A stretch of 64,000 nt of DNA from Octopus vulgaris (taxonomy: Eukaryota). The notes beneath the pieces are model-generated. The model did not search any database. It worked only from the letters and a program-made list of their open reading frames with translations, and was not told where the DNA came from. The position numbers and the translations under genes were made by a program. The stretch is from positions 3,596,001 through 3,660,000 of the forward strand of contig OX597833.1 of assembly GCA_951406725.2 (NCBI GenBank). Direction: 5' to 3'. Below, one piece after another: positions 49,676-61,259 of the stretch (its first letter is position 1; the number at the start of each line of letters is the position of its first letter).

Positions 49676-50058
49676 CTAATTTTGCTTTTGCTGTTGCTAT
49701 TCCATTGGTGCCAGGCTTTTTGCAAAATGTCATGTGATGTCAAGAAAAGCACATGCACACACACAAACACACACACAATAGCCCTCTTTCAGTTTCTGTC
49801 CACCAAATCCACTCACAATGCTTTTGTGGTCCTGGGATTGCAAGAAGACAACTGACATTATGGAACAGGAAACCAAAGTTTGCCTCATAGAAGACTAGTT
49901 CTCAATCTGGACCCTTCATAGTGTGGGGCCCACTGAAGAACTTGGAGATAGGTTCCTTGCAGCAGCTAAACCACAGGGAGAGGTCGAGCACTTTAAAATT
50001 TCTTACTCTCTGGAATGAAAGGGAGAAAAATTAGTGGCTATTGTATCTGAGAGATTTT

Positions 50059-50650
50059 AGTTAGTTAGTTAGTTAGTTAATTTTTTGGCTCAAAAAGCAA
50101 AAAAGCAAGGCCATGTAGGGGGACATGGAGTTATGTACAGGGTGGTGTTCATGTAAAGAGTTCAGGCCACTTGTGGTTAAGGGAGACTTTAAACCGAGCG
50201 GTCGTCGGCATCTTCACTATCTTGTCCGGCAGCTTATTCCACGGATCCGCAACCCGGACGGAGAAAGCTCCTCTCCTTCGATTGAGATGAAATCGTCGCA
50301 GATAGAGCTTTTCGGACTGACCCCGCAGCCAACACTCTGGAGCAGGAGTGAAGAACAGCTCTTTCGAGAGGTTACACTTTCCGCTTATGATGTTGTGAGC
50401 AAGAATGAGATCTCCACGGTGTTGTCGTTTTTCTAGAGAATAAAGGTCGAGCATCCTCAGCCTTTCTTCATAAGACAAATGCTTGAGACCAAGAACCATG
50501 CGGGTAGCCAGCTTCTGGACTCTTTCGAGATGCTATATGTCTTTGAGGAGATAAGGAGAAGAGGCTTGAATCCCGTACTCCAATATGGGTCTTACCAGTG
50601 TGACATAGAGCGGTAGGAATATGGCTGCTGTGAGCATTCTGAATGACCGT
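50059..50650 (-). mobile_element. CR1-like LINE 3' fragment, second family, (TAAC)n tail
   Basis: YVTLVRPILEY...LSYEERLRMLDLYSLEKR..RGDLI...FSVRVADPWNKLP. Confidence 0.85.
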
Positions 50651-50829
50651 CGGTCCAGGAATAGATCTTAGACAAGCGCCAAACTTTGGCAGCGTAAACT
50701 AAGATGCAAATCCTTGAACTTTATTGAATTGAATTTGTACTGGTGAGGTTTGTATATCTGACTGACCCCTTCTCCAAGACCAGAAGTAAGGGGAAATAAA
50801 ATAAACAATGAAATATAGATTAGAGCATT

Positions 50830-51362
50830 GGTGCAGGGGTGGCTGTGGGGTGAGAGGTTTATTTCCCAACTGCATGGTTTTCGGTTCAGTCCCACTGCGT
50901 GGCACCTTGGACAAGTGTCTTCTACTATAGCCTGGGGCCAACCAAAGCCTTGTCAGTAGATTTGGTAGACAGAAACTGAAAGAAGCCCATCATATATATA
51001 GGCATAGGCATATCTGTGTGGTAAGAAGCTTGCTTCCCAACCACATGGTTCTAGGTTCAGTCCCACTGTGTGACACCTTGGGCAAGTGTCTTCTACTATA
51101 GCTTCAGGCTGTTCAAAGCTTTGTGAGTTGATTTGGTAGATGGAAACTGAAAGAAGCCCATCATATATATATATGTATGTATGTATGTATATGCTTGACA
51201 ACTGATGTTGGTGTGTTTACGTTCCCATAACAAAGCGGTTCAGCAAAAGACACCTATAGGATAAGTGCTAGGCTTATAAAGAATAAGTCCTGGGGTTCAT
51301 GCCTTCAACTGAAGGCACTGCTCCAGCATGGCCAGTCAAATGACTGAAACAAGTAAAAGAAT
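50830..51362 (+). mobile_element. SINE family A with duplicated 5' half
   Basis: Two heads (about 50830 and 51005) and one tail. Confidence 0.75.
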
Positions 51363-51469
51363 ATATATATGTGTGTGTGCGTGTGTTTGTTTGTCCCTCC
51401 TCCCCATGCTGCTTGACAATTGGTGTTGGTGTGTTTATGTCCCCATAATTTAACAGATTAGCAAAATAA

Positions 51470-51903
51470 TAATAATAATGAAATTATTGTATACAGTGCT
51501 CAGGTGCACCACAACTTGTGAAAAGTGCATATAAAGCATATGCAGTAATGTACAAATGTCTGGAAAGCGAACAGTGTATGAGTCAGATACATGCCTGTGT
51601 GTGTATGGAGGGGAGAAGATCAGGTGTAGTGTTGGCAAGGATGCAGTGCTCCAACGACTAACAACTGATGCTGGCAGTTTGTTCCATGCTTCAGCAACTC
51701 TTAGCATGAAAAAATGTTTCCGAAAGTCATGGAAGGAGCTGTGCTGTTTTCTGACTTTGTAAATATGTCCACGGGTGTTAGATGGGTGGAGTTTAAAAAG
51801 GTGCTCAGAGTTATTGTTTGTACGATGGTTGATTATTTTATGGGTGTCTGCCAAGTCAGCTACCAGACGTCGGAGTTTCAATGTATCCATGCCCAGGGAA
51901 GTA
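51470..51903 (-). mobile_element. CR1-like LINE 3' fragment
   Basis: SLGMDTLKLRRL...NTRGH...LRVAEAWNKLP. Confidence 0.85.
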
Positions 51904-52374
51904 AAATAAACCAATAGAGTAAGGTGCCAGGCTTTAAAATAAATAAAAAAACAGATTACTGGGGTCAATTCAAGGCCTTGCACCCCAGAATGGCCGTCGT
52001 GTAATAACTGAGACGAGTAAAAAAATATGGCTCTGGGTTGATTCCTGCTGCTTGGTACTTTGGGAAAAGTTTCTTTTACTTCAGCCTTTGGACGAGTGGA
52101 TTCGGTAGACAGAAGCTGAGAAGTTCTTTGTACATGTGTGTGTGTGTGTGTTTGTGTGTTACTGTTACCTTACCTTGATATCTGGTGACGATTGTAAACG
52201 AGCATCCCTGTCGTGCAAGAGGTGTCCTTTTGTTTGCAGTCTTCCGTGAAAACATGTCTGGCCTTGTGGGGGGGATATTTCCTTACTCAGAAACAAGTGA
52301 AGGTTGGAGACAGGAACAACGTGGACAAGTGGACATCAAATGGTGATGATGATGATGATGATAATAATAATAAA

Positions 52375-52826
52375 ATAATAAAAAACATTGTGTACAGTGC
52401 TCAGGTGCACTACAACTCATCTAAAGTGTATATATAATCAGGTGTAGTTTCGGCGGATTTCGGAAAGCATGAGGGCCTTAAAGGATGCAGTGTCATGGCA
52501 GTCAACAACTGACGCAGGCAGTTTATTCCATGCTTCAGCAACTCTGAGCGTGAAGAAGTGTTTCCGAAAGTCATGGGAGCTGTGTTGTTTTCTGACTTTG
52601 TAGGCATGTCCACGTGTGTTAGACACATGGAGATCAAAAAGGTGTTCAGTGTTGTTGGTGAGGTGGTTGATAACTTTGTGGGTGTTTACCAAGTCCGTTG
52701 CCAGACGCCGGAGCTTCAGTGAATCCATGCCCAGGGAAACAAGGCGCTCAGAGTATGGTAGGTGTCTGACTCTGAGCGCCTTGTTTCCCTGGGCATGGAT
52801 TCACTGAAGCTCCGGCGTCTGGCGAC
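52375..52826 (-). mobile_element. CR1-like LINE 3' fragment with a foldback at its truncated 5' end
   Basis: MDSLKLRRLATDL...FFTLRVAEAWNKLP; 52697-52754 repeated inverted at 52769-52826. Confidence 0.85.
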
Positions 52827-53463
52827 GATGACAGAATTTAAAACAAAGGAAAGATTTTGTTTGCAAAAAAAAAAGAGGAATAAAAAACAACAGTGATTTA
52901 GTATGTTTTTTTTTTATTCTTTAACAAATGTAAAATATAAATTATAAATTCAAATATTGAAATATTTGCACCAGATTCATTCCGAACAAAACACAAGCTT
53001 CTAGTGTTTTTTTTTTATCATTTTATTTTTTATTTTCTTTCACGCCATTAGATCAAGTGATTGGGTGAGGGGTGAGGGAGCAAGGGGGTGGGGTAATTGA
53101 GGTTTCAGTTAACGTTGACCCTGTTCCACAAAATACTGGTTTTAGCAAGGAAACACACGAATGTGCAACTACATACACGCGCGTATATATATATATACAT
53201 ATATATATATACATACATATATATATATATATATAAATATATATATATATACATATATGTGCGGGTGGCACGTAAAAAGCACCCACTACACTCACGGAGT
53301 GGTTGGCGTTAGGAAGGGCATCCAGCTGTAGAAACATTGCCAGATCAGACTGGGCCTGGTGCAGCCTTCTGGCTTCCCAGATCCCCGGTCGAACCGTCCA
53401 ACCCATGCTAGCATGGAGAACAGACGTTAAACGATGATGATGATGATATACATATATATATAC

Positions 53464-53512
<49 letters not shown>

Positions 53513-53860
53513 CATATATATATATACACACACATACATGCATTTACATATGTGTTTGGTGCTGAAGTCCATGCTTGTCACTTGTGTGTGGAGTCAATTC
53601 ATTTTGAAAGACAAGAGATAATAACAATAACAAAACATCAACAACAATTCTTTCTACGATAGGCACAAGGCCTGAAATTTTGGGGGAGGGGTCTAGCTGA
53701 TTACACCAACCCCAGAGTTTCACTGGTACTTAATTTATCGACCCCGAAAGGATGAAAGGCAAAGTTGACCTCAGTGGAATTTGAACTCAGAACGTGAAGG
53801 CAGAGGAAATGCCGCTAAGCATTTCGCCCACCATGCTAACATTTCTGCCAGCTCACCACC

Positions 53861-53897
<37 letters not shown>

Positions 53898-55129
53898 CAA
53901 CAGAAACATGGAACAGGGTGCAGGGGTGGATCAGGGATGGGGGTAGGGTGAGAGTGGAAAACAGCTTATTTTTGTTTTTTAGAAAAAAAATCCAAACAAA
54001 TTCAAAGTATTTGGTTAATTAAATTTTAACCGATTTGAATTAATTAGATAGTATAACCATAGAACAATATCAGATCAATCAGTTCAATAAAAAAAACACC
54101 CACCCCTCCACCCACACGAGTAGTGGTGATCATGATGGGGGTGGGGGTGGCAAGGGGGTGTGCGGGTGAGTAAAATGGAAATTTTTGGTAAAAATTGAAA
54201 TATTTTGGTAAATTCACCAAAAAAAATTTGACAGTCAAATAGATGAATAAATAAATAAATGTGTGTGTGTGTGTGTGTCTTTTCTGTTTGTTTTATTCAT
54301 CAAGGCTAAGCTCATGCTGGAGCAACAGTAATCTGTAGACTTATGCATGGCCAAAACAACAGAAGGAAAAAAAAAAAGTGACATTGAGAATATTGAAACG
54401 GAAATCTTTCTGAAATAGAATTTGGTTTGATCCAAATGGTCAGAAAGATTTTTTCTGTCTGTGTGTCCTCTGATCCTTCCACCAAAAAACTTTTTCAAAA
54501 ATTTTGGTGAAAAAAACTCACTTTGATTAAATGTTTTGTATATGTTGGTACATTTTGTCACAAAACGACATAAAATAGAAAAAAAAAATTCTGTGAAAAT
54601 GTCAAAATAAATATATAATAATTTAAATAAATACATTTTAAATAAATCTTACATCTTTTAGTTTTTTCATTCATTGGACTGGGCCATGCTGGGGCACAGC
54701 CTTAAAAGATATAATTTAAATAAATTTAGTTGAAATAAATATATAATTCAAATAAATACATTATTTAGTTAAATACATTTTAAATACTTGATTTAAATAC
54801 ATTTGAATTATATTTAAAATAAAAATATAATTTAATACATTTTGAATAAATATATAATTGAAATAAATAATTTAAATGAATATTTAATTAAGATGAATAG
54901 ATAATTTAAATACATTTTAAATAAAAATATATTTCAAATAAATATATTATTTAAATAAATACATAATTTAAATAAATAGAAAATACCATAATTTACATAA
55001 ATATATTAAATATATAAATATGAGACAGAAAGATTATGTGTGTTTGTGCTCCTGCTTGTTCCACTAAAATGATTTTTATAAATCATGAAAATAATTCCTA
55101 GTTTAAATATATGTAGTGTGTGTGTGTAT

Positions 55130-55423
55130 GTTTGTTCCTTCTTGAGCCATGCCTGGCTCATAAGGTCCGGTTTCTTGGCGTATAGGTTCCCCACCTGGAC
55201 GGGACGCCGGTCCGTCGCAGGTAAGCTGCAAGATGCAGGAGGAAAGAGTGAGAGAGAGTTGTGACGAAAGAGTCAGCAGAAGTTTCGCCATTACTTCCTC
55301 CCGGAGCCGCGTGGAGGTTAGGTGTTTTCGCTCATAAACACACACATCGCCTGGTCTGGGATTTGAACCCGCGATCCCTCGACCGCGAGTCCGCTGCTCT
55401 AACCACTAGGCCATGTGCCTCCA
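55130..55423 (-). mobile_element. SINE family D, near full length
   Basis: TGGAGGCACATGGCCTAGTGGTTAGAGCAGCGGACTCGCGG...GGTTCAAATCCC head. Confidence 0.8.
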
Positions 55424-56299
55424 CTGTGTGTGTGTATGAGTATGTATGTGTTCATACTTATCAAAAACAAACAAAAAAATATATATATATATAATTAAAT
55501 AGCAGCACAAAAACTTCATAGCTTTAAATAAATACATTTGTTTGAATGAGTGTTTTTGTTTGTCTTCACCAGAAAAAAACAAAAAAACAAAAAAAAACAA
55601 TAACCCAGTTATAAACAACCCACAGGTAAAATTCATAATTACAGGTAACATCAGGACAAACAGACTGGTAGACGCATGCTTTTGTAGTACCAGAAGTGGA
55701 TTTTTGGAACAGTGGTGGTGATGGTACATTTTTCAAAACAAAAAAAAAAATTCTTTATTAAAATTGTTTTTAAACGCCAAAGTTGAGTTACCCAGTTACC
55801 CAAGTGCAAAAAGATTCTGAAAACCCATGCAAGGTACCACCCCCTCCTTGTTTATTTTTCATCATCAGAATCAGCCAAAAGATCCCCAAAATACAAACAG
55901 AGTACCCAACTCTATATTCTTGTCCTTAAGTTAGAAGATGCTTCAACGCATGTAAAGTACCCCTTCCTCTCCCACGTGTTTCATTCTTTAATTAATTAAT
56001 GATAAATATAAGACACCTGCCTCTTCCTTATTTTTTTCATCTGAAGGTCCTTCGATTCCAACACCTGAGACCTCCCCTGGGTTCTAAGACTTCTTGTTTT
56101 GAAGTGACCTAAAAACCTTCCACCAAAATTTCATGTCAACTCATTTTCTAAACACCAGTTTAAATGATGGCAAACTTATCTCACTAAATTCTTTATTATT
56201 TTCAAAACTACCCTATTTGCTAGCGTATAAGATGCACCCCTATTTTCAAAGTGTATTTTGTAGAAACAAGCAAATTTAGCATGTTCGATTATACACTTA

Positions 56300-56737
56300 T
56301 TGAAAAGATAGCAGGATCCCTAAACAGATGTTATATGGGGAACTTCTTAATGGAAAGAGACCCCGGCAGAGACCAAGGCTGCAATTTAACGATTATGTCA
56401 TGTGCTGATTAAATGCCTGTGATATGCAGGAGACCTACTGGGGGAGCAATTCCTGTCATCGCCACAGATGGAGGAAGCAGGTTAAGGAGGGGGTCGACTC
56501 CTTTGAGAGAGCACATCTTCTGCATGGAGAATTGAAGCATGCTGCTCAAAAGCACACAGTTGGTGTAGTGAATGGGGAAAGCTTGGTCTGCAATGTTTAC
56601 AATCATGTATGCTTGTCAAGAGCAGGGCTCATTAGCCACCAACGGATCCGCAAATGCAAAATATAAGTTAGTCCTAGAGTGGACAATGTTCCTGAAGGTC
56701 AGCAATGGTCTTCCTCAGTCACAAGTGGACGGCCATC

Positions 56738-56740
<3 letters not shown>
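56300..56740 (+). mobile_element. RTE-clade LINE 3' fragment
   Basis: DSRIPKQMLYGEL..GKR...RPRLQF, then RWRKQVKEGV and the C-terminal zinc-finger relic C..(Y)...CLSRAGLISHQR. Confidence 0.75.
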
Positions 56741-56768
<28 letters not shown>

Positions 56769-57079
56769 CATGCATACGAGTACACATATATATCTGTTGA
56801 TGTGTAAGAGTTGTAAAATATATTCAAAATATATTTTACATTGTGTAAAAGTTATCAATAGTAGAACTCAATGTGCTGGATAGAGCTGACGGACATGTTT
56901 AATTACATCAAAAGTTTACAGTCTACTTAGAGTTTCATACCCAGGCTAGGCTATTAGTGATTGTGGGCCAGAAAAACTTGCTTGCAGTTGACATAAGAAT
57001 ATGTATGGGTTGGAGATGGGGATGGTGATATCTTTGAAAACTAATTAAAAAAGGCAGAAACTGTGACAGAAAATCGTCG

Positions 57080-57472
57080 TTAATCCTTTAGCATTCTTTG
57101 TCAAATGTAAAGCTTATTTATTCATTTACATTGTTTTGAATTAATCAGGCATTATCTCATACTTTCAGGATTTCAATAACATGCTGGTGACACATAAAAG
57201 ACACCCAGTGCCCTCTGTAAAGAGGTTGGCAACAGAAAGGGTATCCAGTTGTAGAAAAATTGCCAAAACAGAAGACTGGAACCAAGTGCAGCTCTTTGGC
57301 TTGGCAGCGCCTGTCAAATTGTCCAACCCATGCCAGCATGGAAAGCAGACATTTGAATGACGATGATTGTATATTTTTAGAATGACATTGTAGGGGAGGT
57401 GTGAGGGACCAGATCTGACTGGTCAGAACATATTTGGGCCAAATATGGCCAGATCAAATGCTATAGGGTTAA
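57080..57472. mobile_element. piggyBac-like MITE with a nested family C repeat
   Basis: TTAA TCCTTTAGCATT ... AATGCTATAGGG TTAA. Confidence 0.55.
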
Positions 57473-60127
57473 GGTGTAAATTTCCCATCTCACTCTTCTA
57501 ATAAACTTCTCAGTGAATTTTCTGCCCATATTAAGTTCCATGTCAGACAATGCTTCCATTATGTAAAATATAATTTTACTACAAACTCTGCTGGGTGGAT
57601 GGTGTTAGGAAGGGTGTCCAGCCGTAAAGACCCCTGCCAAAATACACACAGAAGTCTGGTGCAGGCTCCTGCCTGGCCAGTTCCGGTCAAACCATCCAGC
57701 ATGGAAGGCAGACATTAAACGATGATGATTATTCATTATGTCTCTTAGTGTGGTTAAGAAATTTTATTTCCCAACCATGTTGTTTTAGGTTCAATCCCAT
57801 GAGAAACAAGCTTATACCACAGATAATAGTTACTCCATGCTATTTAAAAAAAAAAAAAAAAAAACCATCCTGTACACTATGTAAAGTGGTTTGTGTTAAG
57901 AAGAGCCTCCAGCCATAGAAACTATGTGACAACAGACAGTAGGGGTTGGCGTAGTCTTCTGATTTGCCATCTCCTGACCTATGCCAGAATGGAAAGCAGA
58001 TTTTAGATGATGATGAGAGAGCATTTTATAAGAATAGTCAGATGGAAAATTTACCATGTTGACAGACAAGAACCCTTTATATAAGCTGCAAACAATGTAG
58101 TCTCCTTCAGAGTCATGTACAGCCCACCCGGGGTGAAACTGTGGACTGTTGGCAATTAATATAATAAACATATTTGTCCCCGCTGTCCAGCAAATGGAAT
58201 TCTTTATCAGCCATACTGGTGCCACATATAAAAGGGCCTTTACTGGCACCATGTAAAAAGCACCCAAGCTGGCACACATGAAAGGCACCTGTGCCAGAAT
58301 CACATAAAAAGCGCCCAGTGCACTCTGTAGAGTGGTTCACATTAGGAAGGGCTTCCAGTAACAGAAACCATGCTGAATCAGACAACTGGAGCCTGGTACA
58401 GCCATCCAGCCTTGCCAGTCCCTGTCAAACTGTCCAACTCATGTCAGCATGAAAAGCAGATGCTAAATGATGATGGTGGTGGTGGTCAAATAATCTTTAC
58501 ACAGTGTAAAATATATTTTGAATATATTTTCTAAGTCTTACATGGAATAGAACGGGTTAATCAATATCACTGACCCCAGCACATGACTGGTATTTTATTT
58601 TATTGACCCTGGAGGAATGAAAGGCAAAGCCGAGATAGTTTCTTATACAAGCACAAGGCCTAAATTTTCATTTTTGGGGGATGGTGGTGGTGGTGGGGTT
58701 AATTAGTCAATTACATCAACCACACTAATTGACCGGTAATCAATTTTATCGATCTTGGAGGGATGAAAGGCAAAGTTGATCTCAGCAGGATTTGAACTCA
58801 GAACGTGAAGAACTGGCATCAGACATTTTTACTGACCCCCTAATGATTCTGCTGGTTCAATGGAGGAAGAAGAAACATTTCCAATTTAGGCACAAAGCCA
58901 GCAATTCTGTCTGAGGGCTGGGGATTATATGTCATCAACCCCGGCAACTTTGACTGATACTTAATTTTATTGACCCCTGAAAGGATAAAAACTGAAAGAT
59001 GACCTTGGCAGGAGTTGAACCCAGAATGTAAAGAACAGGAATAAATGCCACAGGGAATTTTGCTTGATGATCTACCAATTCTGCCAACCCACTGTTCTTT
59101 CACAATAACAATGGTTTCTGATTCAGGCACAAGGCCAGCAATTTTGATGGTGGTGGTGGTGATGGGGTTAGCCGAAGACATCAACCTCAAGTCTTGACTG
59201 GTATTTTGTTTCACCAGCCCAGGAGGGATGAAAGGTAAAGTTGACCGTGGCAAGATTTGAACTCAGAATGTAAAGGTTTGGAAGAAATTCCATAAAGCAT
59301 TTTCTCTGATTTTCTTTTCATTCTGTGAGTTCACCTTAATACCTTTGATGGTGTGGTTGAGAAGCTTGCCTTGCAAATGAATTGGTAGATGGAAACTGTG
59401 TGGAAGCCTGTTGTGTATGTATATAAATGCGTGTAAGGACTGTCTGCATTTGTTACCCACCAATGCTTGCCGATCGGTGTTGGTTTGTTTATGTCTATGT
59501 AACTTGGTGGCTCAGCAAAAGAGACCAACACAATAAGAACCAGGCTTTAAAAAAAAAAATACTGGCGTTGACTTGTTTGAGCGAACCTGCCAAAGCAGTG
59601 CTCCAGCATGGTCACAGACCAACAAGTAAAGTCAGAAGATAGACAGGTGCAGGACCACAGAATTGAGGAGAAGTGTTTAAACAACGAGATAAGATCCAAA
59701 GAAGAAGAAGAAGAAGAATGAAAATTGAAGTCGACCCCAGCAGGATATGAACTCAGATCATGTAAGGAGATGTGTAACAGAATCCTGTGAGGTACTCTGT
59801 CCATTCCTCCGCAGGTGATTCTGTTGTCCACTGTCTTCTAACACCGGCACGAGGCCAGACATGTTTCTGGACAGTGCTGTGAAGTGGATCTTTGTGTTAG
59901 GATAGGGGAAACTAAAATATTTGTCTCCCTTGGAAGGACGAAGGCCAAAGTAAACTCTGGAACAATTTACAGAGTCTGCTAATCAAGCATCTTAATTAAT
60001 ACAAACGGTAATATTAACAACATTTTTTTATAGACACACATATACATGAGTATGCATGTATGTATGTATATATATAAATATATATACATGGATATGTGCG
60101 TGCCTGTGTGTATGTGCATATATATAC

Positions 60128-60215
<88 letters not shown>

Positions 60216-60324
60216 TTATGTAAGTTCAGCAAAATTTAGATTCAAATGAATATGGTACTTAAGTCAGAGGCAGCAGAATTTTGTATGGTGTTATCCATAT
60301 AAATCCATGGGGTGATTATAGTCA

Positions 60325-60458
60325 AAATAAGCAACAAGTATATCTTAGGTAATTTGGTACGATCGTTTCATACTACTTCAATACTTACAATGTTTAATAA
60401 AATGAAGTAGCATGAAACGATCGTACCAAATTACCTAAGATATACTTGTTGCTTATTT
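60325..60458. repeat. Foldback palindrome, arms about 56 bp
   Basis: AAATAAGCAACAAGTATATCTTAGGTAATTTGGTACGATCGTTTCAT mirrored on the right. Confidence 0.9.
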
Positions 60459-60563
60459 GATATATACATATATATATATATATTATATCAGTTATGATAA
60501 AAACAATTTTACATTAATCTGATGGGTTACTCTATACTTTTGTAGAGAATAGATTTATCATTC

Positions 60564-60678
60564 TTAAGCAAGAATGTTGTTGATAGTGACTCCGATGTTT
60601 CGGCCAGCTAAGCCATTATCCAACAATGACTTAGCTGGTTGACACTTTGAAGTTACTGTCAACGACATTCTTGCTTAA
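60564..60678. repeat. Older imperfect foldback palindrome
   Basis: TTAAGCAAGAATGTTGTTGA...CCAGCTAAG mirrored by CTTAGCTGG...TCAACGACATTCTTGCTTAA. Confidence 0.8.
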
Positions 60679-60755
60679 TAATAATATATATATCATTGTA
60701 TGTATGCATGTATATATATATATATATATATGCATGTATGTATATATATCTATGA

Positions 60756-60832
<77 letters not shown>

Positions 60833-61259
60833 CATACACATACACACATGTATATATTATTAGAAACTGAAGCTCCTTGATTTGTAACGTTGAGTTTTTG
60901 AATCATTCGAACAATCAAAAACTTAAAACTCAGAGTTACAATTTAAGAAATTCCAGCATCCGTTAAAATATACATACTCTCCTTCATGTATTGAGTACCT
61001 ACCCCCATTTGTAAATACAACTGTTCACATTATGTATACATATATAGACATGCACACACACATATAAAAGGTGAATGAGATTTGGTTATCAACAATATAC
61101 AAGTTAAAGAGAATACTTTTGTGAGATAAAAATTTTGACATCCAAGAAGGCAATCCAACTTATGCGTGTTTCAGAGCTTCGGATCAGAGGAACAGGATTC
61201 TTCTTTGTTAAGCATGGATTATGACTAGTTATGGAAGAAAATGTTTTTTCATGGTTGGA

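Noticed and set aside
54600-55020. Extremely AT-rich stretch as an organellar insertion
   Set aside because: No gene similarity seen; degenerate TTTAAATAAATA low complexity
55350-55423. tRNA gene
   Set aside because: Head of SINE family D, continuous with a repeated body
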